From Balanoglossus misakiensis (lineage: Eukaryota > Animalia > Hemichordata), in NCBI GenBank assembly GCA_040954595.2, contig CM082596.2, positions 4,670,181 to 4,734,180 of the forward strand: 64,000 nucleotides of DNA, read 5' to 3'. Below, one piece after another: positions 24,772 to 35,806 of this stretch; the stretch's first letter is position 1; each line of letters begins with the position of its first letter. The notes below the pieces were generated by a model. That model was not told the origin of the DNA. It worked only from the letters and a program-made list of their open reading frames with translations, and ran no database searches. A program made the position numbers and the translations under genes.

Positions 24772-27700
24772 TGCTGATGACGCGCTTTCCCTGAAAAATA
24801 GCGTTTCCCAACCGTTTTTAAACCCTATTCTCGCTCTTTTGTGTTGTTTTCAAACTCACCCGGCGTACGTTTCGGAAACTTAAAGACGCTTTTGAAATCC
24901 GGGATAAGAACAAAGGGCCTTTATTTATATTTGCTTGACATTTACTAGATGCAGGTAGCGGCGTGTCACGATAACCTCGTCTAGAAGTTGCGCCGGCCGG
25001 CCGGCCGACTTGGAACCGCTTCACAGCCGGGCGCTGCCGTCTTAATCGTGACTTCCCGTCGACGTTTACGTCCGTCAGCTGGTGATTAGAGCTTTGGCCG
25101 GGTAAACAAAAATAATAATCATGCTTGAATAGCCATTGATGCCGGCGTTAGTGATTACACCAGCAAAAGTATAGTGGTAGTACGCGTGCATCGTGTTGCG
25201 TGTGTACTTATTCAAGCCCAGCCTGGGAAACGAAATACTAAGAAGCTTTAATTGTCTATAAAGACTAGCCCACTAATCTCAATTTTGCTCAATATCTTTC
25301 TTTACATAGCGTGCAACTACAGTGATAGAGGCCGGGTCTGTGGCCGGACAAATACCAACCCGCACACGATTCTCAAAAAGGAAGCAGAACTCGGTTTGAG
25401 CGACCTTATTAAATGTAGTTTACTATTCCCGGGTACCGTGTCAGATGTTTACTTGTAACGCGTCGCAGTTTCTTCTGCCCACGGGGACAGAAATCCTCGC
25501 TTCAGTGACACTTGCGCGTGTCGTTGGCAGACTAGAAGCCCAGTTACCTACATATGCACCACGGAACCCAACAAAAGCGCCCATTGCTTCTTCCGGCGAC
25601 CGACATTTTTTCACAAACAAGTAATATTTTTGCAAAGTTGTCAACAAGAAATTGTTGTACGAACTGTCAAGGACAGTTAGATGCGGTTTTCTGTCATCCT
25701 TTGGTAAACCGTACTTCCGATAGGTTACCCGACGAGCAGTAAATTTTACTAGACAAACCGGAAATCAACAGGTGTGAGGTGGACCGTTACATGCTTGACA
25801 TTTACACTTTCAAAATTTGTCCTCTGAAGACCAGTGGATCAAGTTAATCCCCACCATAAACGGAACGTGTAGGCGTGCGTCATATGTTTGTATTACGGTC
25901 ATAAGCACACACTGATAAAAGCAACGGTTTATTTGTACATGAAGGTACATAGGGGAACTGTACACACATATAATTAACACCCAATGTTTACCTGACGATA
26001 ACGGCAAGACGTGTACACAAGAGTAAGCGCGCTTTTGGCACCTGGGTGGGCTAATTTGTAGGAGATTTTGCAGCACAGTGCCAACGAGACGTTCACACAC
26101 AAATGCTTTGTCCTAAAACGTGTTTCAAAAGTGCTGTATTATTTGATAATGGCCCGAAGACCAGACTTCAAGCAGTAAAATGCATTTCCTGATCGCGGTT
26201 TTCTGTCAATCGATTAGCGTTCGGAAATTGGTGCTTTTGGGACAAAATTAATGTCATGGACGCGATACACTTGAACTACTTATTTGTACGTATCTAGGCC
26301 TCCACTATACATTCATGACCACATGAGCTTATAATATCAGAATGCAATACAATTGGGTTTAACCCCAATTTGAACGCCAGTGTCAGTGTACTATACAACC
26401 ATATCAATGAACTCTGCGGTGCTTTCAAAGATATATTGATGTCCATTTTGGAAATGGCATAGAAAAGGGACAAGGCTGTTTAATTAAATGGCGATTTTTG
26501 CCAAATTTCACATTTCAAAACAAATTGGTTTGTTTCACACAGTCACTCATTATTCGAAAACACGTCATGATGAAAAGCGTAGGCGACCATCAAAAATCAC
26601 TCTTTTGAAAAACGTTCACAAGTCAACAGAAACTGTCATTGCCTCTTATTTATGCAAATTCCTGCACTTTTATATTGTATTTCTAATTCATCTGAAAAGG
26701 TCAAACGAATATAAGTTGAGTGTGAACCATAAGAAACTACCACGCGTGGGTCTTAGAAACTTCCACAATGCACAAAAATTAACAAAACAGCTATTCTATC
26801 TGTAAAATCACCAGAAGAATACAATTAATTCCATTCCACATTTCTTAATGAAGACCCAGTTCTTGAGAAATCGTCTTGTCACATATTAATGTTCAAATCA
26901 TCGCTGCGTCTATGACGCTGCCACCTTGACTAGTTTATAGTAGTTTACGCACACAAGTACACCAATGGTACCATCCCCACATCAATAACGTGAATTTAAA
27001 ATCAATATACCTTTAGTGAACGGACTGCTTGGATGACTTAAATGATCATATGTGGGCCAGTGTGACAAAAGTAAAAGAAACATCCTGCCTATATAGGAAA
27101 AAGATTATTTTTCATCGATTCCTTTTTGTGCTTTGTTGTTTGATGAAAGAGTGTCTCTGAAACCAGGACATCTTGGCCTGTTGCTAACAATATTCGTGCA
27201 CAATAAACCTTCAAAAACAATCGATTTGATATGTCAGAGTATATATTCACAGTCGCCCACTCAACAGGTGTCAAACGTGGTCTCCGAATTCTCACTACCT
27301 TAATCAGGTTTTTGCTACCTAGGTGAGTGATGAAAATCTAATATGGCCGACACAATTTCAAGATGGCCGATTTCTGGCATGTTTAAGAGATGGTAGTTCA
27401 TAATCTAAAGTGATATACAGTAAACATATCATTTCGTCTATCTCTTACTACAGAGAGTTGTCGACTTTTTACCCATAATGCAATTACTGTCACGTGATCT
27501 GACCTGAGAGAGAGGGAGACAGACAAACACAGCGAGAGACTGTCAAAAACATATTCTTTCTGCCTATTTCCCATTGAGAAATGTTTTCGATAACAGATCC
27601 CAAATTTCTTCCAAACGCGAGCAAAATCAACCCAGTGCCCGGGTCACCATGTACAGTGTAGGCGTTATTGTTTGGCCCTTGAGTGCATGAAATGGGTCAC

Positions 27701-30700
27701 GAACTATTCCGGAAGAGCATCTTTAAGCCTTCCCGCTTTCGAGGAAATTCACAAAAGCTGGTAAATGGCGCGTAGCATGGAATGTCGAGCTTCGAAAACA
27801 GCCCGACTCTTTTTTAGGTTCACTGTTTATTCAAACGAAAACATAACGAATCAGCTTGGCGTTTCTTCCGACAGCCAGTCAAATGAATACAAAAATATTG
27901 CTTTCAAAGTTGTATGCATGAATAAACTGTGATTACAGCGGACGAAATGGCCAGCTCGGTCGCTATTAGACTTTTAGTTACGAGTAAAACAGCACAGGAA
28001 AACAAAGCAAAACAAATACAAAATGGGCATGTGTACTAAACTTGTCCTATCGACGATTTTACAATATCTGCGTAAAAGGAACAAGCCCGTTTTAACTTCT
28101 GCGCAAACACAAACGGACAGCACATCATCTGTGATAACTGAACGATCGCGGTCGTTTTGATTGCTTTAGAGGGAGATGGAGAGAACAAACTAAACAAAGA
28201 GGAACAAGAATACATGAATTGGTTCTTTTTCTGATCTAGACGTCCTCCTTGGAAAGTCAATATTTTTCGACAAACGAAACATGGACGGATTCTATGACTT
28301 GGCACCGGCCGCCCCGAGGCCGTGTCACGCCGCGTTTTGAAACCATGCCGACACTTTCCTGGGGTTTTTATTCTCTCTTATTTTTTCGGAATTCAAGTAC
28401 TGGCCTTTCATTGAAATCGTTGCACACAGAGTCCAGCTGCAGTGTTTGTCTTAATTGTTGTCCGACTGACTGCATTCAATGCAATGACGTTAGACCGACC
28501 CACGCACGCGCCGACTACAATAACAAGGTACTATTACAGTAATCTGGCACACGCCACCGCTCAAACCATCAATTTTTCGCTTACAGAATTTGAGATATTG
28601 GAATTATTCAACTGCAGTCGGCCTTAGTTCTGTTCATCTCAGATGCCAGAATATATTTTTTTTAATTAGGTCTGATCACAAAGTGATCGTTATTTCATAA
28701 TTTATGCGCGAAAATTTAACGTTTACCGACTCCCTAAGTCCCTATATACTCCAATTATCGTAAAATTAAGAAAGTGTGTTTTTACTGAGATATAACTTGG
28801 GTCGCGGAACTCGCAAATATACAATATAGATGCCACGTTTTTTCCAACTGTCGGAAGGGTTCCCTAATCAATATTCCCGCTCAAGAGCCCGGATGTAGTC
28901 ATGACCCCCCCCCCCCCCCCCCCCCGCTGAAATCAGCACACGCGCGTGACCTATATGCTGGTACATGTAAAGCCTTATTCCGCCCTAACGACATCCGGGA
29001 TACGTTTGAAAAGTAAAAGACAAATAGAGAACATAAAACGAAATAAAAATAAACATTAAACCCGCATACATGAAACTGAATATTTGTCAAGCAGATGCTT
29101 AAAATATATCGTGTTCTATTTAACGGCGCCCGGTTTGTCAATGCATTGATTTCACATGTACTTTTCCCCAGTGGGAAATCGAAATTTAAAAAAGGGTAAA
29201 AAATCAAGAGCTTTGAAAAAGCACTAACGGGAGATTAAAGGGACATTAGACTGTTAGGCTGTTTTGGAGTATGTGTATAATCATGGAGCTACCACCATGG
29301 TATAATCAAGCTTATTTTTCTCCCTATAGCCTAATATACTAAAGCGTTCCGTATTCTATGTATATGATATGTAAAAATGTATATGGATGTTTTCATCTGT
29401 AATTCTTATGTTCAACCATATACACAATGTGTTTGTACAGCTTGGCAGATTCAAAATCTTCAAGTCACGAGTAAAAAGGGCAGCGTCCGAAACCGCTCGG
29501 GCAATACGAACGTATAACAATTAAGAGGGATTCCCGGAAAAAAATGGTTGGTCGAGTAGATGAATGTCGCAGAGTTCATGAATATTGTTGATAAATCACT
29601 CCAATGCTGTGTTGTTGTTGAAGGCAATGTCTTGTTGAATTGGAGCTAATGAGGCGGCCCGCGTCACGACCCAACGGTAACATCGACAGAGACACGCATT
29701 GTGGTGAATAGCCGCCACACAATAAAGTGAAGAAAACTGGGGACCGACGCACAGCGTTGACAAAACCCCGCCCCAGGCAAGGGTGTCGTAAAACGGTAAA
29801 CTCGGAGAGGCGCAACTTGCGCGTCGCAAGCTGCTACACGACGCGCTCAGGTAGAAACATGACGGTTGGAAAAGTTGGAAGCCGAGTGCTTGAATTGTTT
29901 GATTTACGATTGTATTTTTGTTCGTTAGAAAAAACGGTATATATAGTTACAGAAAAATAATGACGACTTTTTTTACAATGAGACATTCACCGAAAATTGC
30001 AACCAATAAAGCTAAACCGCCCTCCCTAAAAATAAAAAGTCTGAAAAAGTTCCAGTCGACAAAGGCAAAGATCGAAAACTCGGGCATATTATGCGGGGGG
30101 GGGGGGGGGGTCACAATGGACCGTTACTGAACAAATGCATGAGAAGTGTATCAATGGATTTAATGTAGGCCTACTGTCGAAATGTCAAGGTTACGAATGG
30201 AAAGGTAGGGCTAACAGCAACGCGGGTCGATAAACTAGTGCTTTTGTTGTCATTTTTGGACAATTTTCATGGGTTATGCTCATGAAAATTGGCTTTTTTT
30301 GGGGGGGGGACGCGAGGGTCACGTACAAGAAATTTACCCCCCCCCCTCCCGCTTCCTAGAATTGATGGTACCCATCTCATACACACAATTGGTCTTGTTT
30401 ATAAAAATAAGTCCGAGACAAACACCATATACATGCATTGTTTAGCTGACGGTTATAGCAAAGCATGCAGGGAATACGAATAAAACGATTATACTTCAAT
30501 GGTTATATTACTATTAATAAATCCGCACCCCTGTTAGGCCTAAGCGCCAGCGCATCTGGGCTGTTTTTTGTTCCACACTGAAAAACCGACAATGATTTGT
30601 CCCGAGTTTGATGAATTTGATAATCGCACTGTGTGAAAGTCTCTCTTATGGCACAATTGGTCGCTTTGAAAATCGCGACGATCTCGGAACGAGAAATTAT

Positions 30701-31068
30701 AAGTCACTCCATGGAAGTTCAACACTTCCTATGAATGGCGGAAAATGTTTTTGCTTTTTTTCTTGCTAACGAAAGTGCTCGTGGTTTCAAAACCCACTGA
30801 CCGAATTTCATCGAATGTCGATCAAGTTTATTCCCATTTCTACAGGGTCATAGTTCTTGTTCTTGCAGTGGGCGGACATTTATACAAACAGATAAGATGA
30901 TGGACGATGACTCCGGGTTCCAGAAGATCCCCATGGTATATCACACCAAATGGGAACAACAAACATACATGCAACTAAGTTCTCCTGCCGCCGGAATACA
31001 ATCTACTCCCGTTTCTGGTCAAATCACCCTCATGATACACGTTTATTACAGTTGTACGCATAGATAAG

Positions 31069-31216
31069 GGGTCAAGGGTCACGCCGCACTTCTATGATGA
31101 CGTGCCTAGAGGTGAAAGGTCACGCCCAACCTGGGCGATAAACGCCTTCCTCTCAAACAAAATGCGGATGTGAAAACCAGGGAGATGTGATATCAAACGA
31201 GGTCATCTCGAGGTCA
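31069..31216 (+). promoter_or_regulatory. Nuclear-receptor response element cluster (DR1, DR1, DR5)
   Basis: GGGTCA-a-GGGTCA 31069-31081; AGGTGA-a-AGGTCA 31110-31122; AGGTCA-tctcg-AGGTCA 31200-31216. Confidence 0.5.
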
Positions 31217-31315
31217 CCGCAACACAGGAGAGTAGTAGTCTGATACAGTTTGATTTATGTCTGGTAAAGCCCGATAAAAATACTAAGACCCTAGAAATTA
31301 CCGGAATATTCGTAT

Positions 31316-31592
31316 GGATAAACTGTGTTAACGCCATCTTGAAAATTTGCAGTGCATTATGGGTCAATTGAGTCCCGGTTGGGGGGCGAGTAGCGTCTAC
31401 AACCTATCCAATTTTCCAGCGGTTTTGTCAGATTTTCTTCAAGTAACGTTAGTAGTAGTAGTTACATGAAGAAAATCTGACTAAACCGCTGGAAAATGGA
31501 TAGGTTGTAGACGCTACTCCCCCCCCAAACCGGAACTCAATTGACCCATAATGCACTGCAAATTTTCAAGATGGCGTAAACACAGTTTATCC
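31316..31592. mobile_element. Near-perfect palindromic (hairpin) MITE
   Basis: Arms of ~125 bp (GGATAAACTGTGTTAACGCCATCTTGAAAATTTGCAGTGCATTATGGGTCAATTGAG...) are reverse complements with few mismatches around a short GTA-repeat loop. Confidence 0.85.
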
Positions 31593-31966
31593 CTATAAGG
31601 TATAATCCACTCCAGTTATTTGAGGCTTGGTAAAGACAATTTAGATAAATGGCCATTGCTGTATAAAACAGTGGCTGAGAAAAAAATTGGCAGATAAATA
31701 CAAATCCTTCAACCCCCCCCCCCCCTCCCCCAGAATTCCGAACATCATTTGAGTGTGTTTCTTCCCAACTGGTGTTGTTCATGCAGACTTTCCTGATGGA
31801 TAGCACACTTGATTTTGTCACTGATGCAGTCGCGAACGCAAACATATTTCTTCTGACAGGTTGTTCGCCTGATAACAACACCCCCTCTTTCTCCTCTGAA
31901 GTCCATTTAGCTGACAATTGGTATATCCTTCCAGGGTAATCAGACAGCCAGTTCAGATGGTATCAC

Positions 31967-32698
31967 CATGGAGGTACTAGAGAGAAGGAGCGAGGACGGA
32001 TTTAAGCGGATTAAATCCCTTTCTTCTGAAGTGTGATAAGCTTCTTAAGTCTTTGTGTTTCTGTGTCGATAGCGTCCTTTGAACCCACTGTGCGTTGCCG
32101 TCGATTTTACAGTTAGGTTTGCAAGATCTACGGGGTAATATTTCTATGATATTAAAAACACTATGCGCACATCGCGGACGAGCATACTACATATGCGTGG
32201 TGACTTTTATTTACATCTAGAGGTCAAGTTTACGCATAACCACTACCGGAAACGTGTCAGGCGGATGTCTTGGAAGACTTGTGGCGTTATTTTTCTTCTT
32301 TGTACAACCAAAAAGTATGATTTTGAAATGAATATTTTGAGTTTTTCGCAAACTTCCGCAAGAAACAATAAGTTCTTAGGTTTTCTTTGAAAACCAATCT
32401 TCCCGATGCAAGTATTTTTGTTCGCGTGGGATGGTGTGGGATGCCCGATATTCACCATTGTAATTGCCAGCGCGGAGACGTTTGGCACAGCAGTTTGGTC
32501 TGGTTGTTTATGCTTTGTAAATCATGGAGACGCGACGCCAGCTATAATTTGTTTATCTACGCAAGCGCACAGCTTGAATGAACGCCTATCAGGTGATAAA
32601 AGGTTGAGATCCTAATGTTTACTGCAAACAGATTAAGACGCACATGGGGTTCATAGGAAACAATAGCGTCCTCGCTCCTTCTCTCTAGTACCTCCATG
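31967..32698. mobile_element. Non-autonomous TIR element, 32-bp perfect TIRs, CATG termini (P-element-like)
   Basis: CATGGAGGTACTAGAGAGAAGGAGCGAGGACG and its exact reverse complement; direct repeat GTATCAC at 31960-31966 and 32699-32705; no transposase ORF inside. Superfamily is inference because the TSD length is ambiguous. Confidence 0.8.
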
Positions 32699-32782
32699 GT
32701 ATCACTCGTTCACGCGCAAAAATGGTGCCTTTAAACCATCAGTTTCCCATTCTAAAGATAGGCATACAACGTCAAACATACA

Positions 32783-32982
32783 CTGTAAAACGGAAAATTT
32801 TCGCAACAAGAAATTTTTCGCGATATCAACTGTTACACAACAATAATTTTTCGTGTTCTCATATTTCACTAACAGTATCGTTATCTCCGAAAAACATTTT
32901 ACGCGACTTTTAATGTTCGTGTTTTTTGGCTCTTGCGAGGATTGCAAACATTTATTGTTTGCGACAATTTGCCGTTTTACAG
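32783..32982. mobile_element. MITE, CTGTAAAACGG family (decayed copy)
   Basis: CTGTAAAACGGAAAATTTTCGC...TTGCCGTTTTACAG; same family as 44668-44846. Confidence 0.75.
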
Positions 32983-34517
32983 TATTACAGTTGTGACTTA
33001 TGAAAAAAAAATCGCTTGCGGTAATCAGGTTAATAAATATCTCTTCATTCCATGAATCACATAACACACCTTATCCTATGTAATCTTTATGTCATAGTAA
33101 AATCCAATTGCCATTGCTGATAATGATACTCCATATACAAAATGAATATGTGTGTAGCTAGCATCAGTGTATGAAAACAACACATTTTTTCTGCACCATC
33201 TGACAAATCAGTTAATTTTTCACAACAGTTTGGCTGGTAGGTGGCACGTAATGTTGTTAGTGTCCATGTAAATAAGCAGAGAACTGTCAAGTGTCTCGGT
33301 TGTCAGCAGACGCTTCCTGAAAACTATGCAACATACTCGTGAAACCAAGGATTCACAGTTTAGCAGCCGGTAAATCAACGTTCTGGAAAAATACTGAACT
33401 TTTTGTATCTTTAAAATTGATACGACAGCCACCCCATACGTCAAAACCACTGTGATAGTGACAATTGACCTCGCAGTGACAATTTACCTTGCATTTGAAA
33501 TTTAATAGATATGCAAGAATACATGGAAAATGACTAAATGTCTTCGGAAGGAATACAAAGTGTGTCTGCACGAGAGTGTTACCATGGAGACTTGCAGACG
33601 GTCGCCATAAATAAACTGTTTAAAAAATTCAACCGAAGATGACAATCTCAACTGTACGCATTCAACTATCAATTTAGACAATGAAAACAAACAGAAAAAT
33701 AATATATACATTTACAATACCACTTTAAATGAAAACACCAAACCATGAAAGCTGGTAATTAGTTTGACAGAAAAAAAAATGAAGCACTACAACAGAAATA
33801 TGTCCGGAGTAAAAAATCCTGTTACAGTAGAACATGTGTTGAACAAGCCTTGAGGTATGACTGCGTTCACCTAAACTGACTCTGCTTCTTCAAACATTAA
33901 ATATGTAGAAAAATATTAATTGAGATCATCACTGATATTCAATTATCAAAATCATATCATATCAAATATCATATCATATGTCCATCATGCTTAATTTGTG
34001 TTACTGGTTTCACACTTAATCTTCAATCCCGATCATGTTACAGATTCAAAATACCTTCACCTTTCTCATACCACCCTGGGGCTACAATGATCATAATTTT
34101 AGATATATCCTTTCTGCACGTCCTTTTTGAAAGGACATATTTTTATCACCATTTGTGAAAGATTAACGACGTCCCCTGATCAGTAGCACATAATTAAACA
34201 TTTTCCATAAAAGTGAATGTATTAGATATGCGCCCCTTCAATGATGTATCCATAACATTAACCATGTGGATTTTAATCCAAACGATAGACCTTTCTTTAC
34301 TATGTTAATAAAATTCTCATTATCTACTTTGAAGTTGTGAAAAATCGATATAAAACATTACTGTTTGCTCATTTACACTGAGAAAGGGGTTATTTTCATT
34401 TGTGTTCACGGTCCATGAAATCAGATTAAAAAGGTTCATATTTAAACACATGTCTGTGAAGAGGGGTATGTTCTACTCTATATAAGAGGGTTGCTCTTTC
34501 AAAATGGCTGCAAACAA

Positions 34518-34548
<31 letters not shown>

Positions 34549-35687
34549 AAAATACGAGGAGGGGAAACTGAGTAACAAATAGTGGTTGAACCACTGAAGA
34601 TAACCTGAAAGAGTTTACACAGTTTCAACATTGGCACTGTACGAAATCAACAACAATGCAAAAAATATATGCTGGTACCAATTTGGGTCTAAAAATATCA
34701 GCTGCTGAAAACACATAATAATGTGGCGTATGCAAAAAGGATGCTTTCCTCTCAAACTGTGGAATATTTCATCAAAGCCCCGATAGCTGCCACTTCTGAG
34801 CAGGTTTGAATCGATATGGACCTTCTCTTTGACCTTAGACGACGGAGGACACCAAATTTGAATTTGAGGAGATTCTAATACCCATGTGCCCATACCATGA
34901 TGGTTGTGCATTCTTGCAATGGGTGGCTGAATAAAAGGGTGTGGCACCCGTTTATTATCTAACACGTTCATATTCAAATTTACAGCCCATAATCAGAGGT
35001 TGATAATGTGTTTGTGCATACCCATCAGCAAGATCTCAGTTTGAAAGTAAAACCACACAAAAAATGAAAAAATTGCAGCTATTGGGATTTTAAGAACAAA
35101 ACAGCTGGTGTGTTCACCCATTCTCTACTGTCTATGCTTCACCGTGGCGTTTGGAAACGTCGACGCCGTAAAACAAAATATGCAGTGGGTTTGGAAACAT
35201 CTGTTTCAGGGAGCAGCAATCTGCGGAATATATCTCCTGTTAAGTGGTTGTTAGTATTTATCATAAATGTTTATGTGAAAAGGCACCCATTAAAAAAAAT
35301 GTAACCTTGTAAAATTCAGAAATATGGAATTTCTGTGTACAAATACGATGTATGAGAAATTAACCATTTCCTGTGGATGCAGACACTGTTGTTAGTTGTG
35401 TGTTTGAAGTGTCTTGTCTTTTCCCACTGAAAGCCTGTAGTCGACCAAAAAGAGGTCCATTCTTACATCCAGTGAGGGACCTGGCCTCTTCAAATCACTC
35501 GAAGTCGAGCCCACAACAGTCACTGCCAATTTGTGAGAAAGAGTTGCGTTTATGTCCGTGGTTAGCTCGCAAGTTACAGAGGTCATCGGAGACACATTCA
35601 TATTGACGACACTTCCATCCACCCATGCAGTACGATCCAATCGTGGACCTCGCGACTCTTGACTTTTAGCGAGGTCACCTCTCTTAA

Positions 35688-35772
35688 CCCTTTCACCCCC
35701 AGTTCCCTCTACAGAGGTCCAACCTTACCATAGAAAACAATGGGTTTGGACTGAACCATGGTGGTGAAAGGG
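35688..35772. mobile_element. 85-bp piggyBac-like mini-MITE in the KLHDC3 3' UTR
   Basis: TTAA|CCCTTTCACC...GGTGAAAGGG|TTAA; a similar right end (GTGAAAGGGTTAA) recurs at ~54914-54926. Confidence 0.75.
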
Positions 35773-35806
35773 TTAATAAGTCTTTAGGGGAATCTCCACT
35801 GCGGAT

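Noticed and set aside
25000-31000. Short 60-105 aa ORFs in intergenic and intronic DNA (also 5.3-12 kb, 40-51 kb, 59-64 kb)
   Set aside because: No recognisable domains, no consistent splice phases, many TTG/GTG starts; consistent with chance ORFs.
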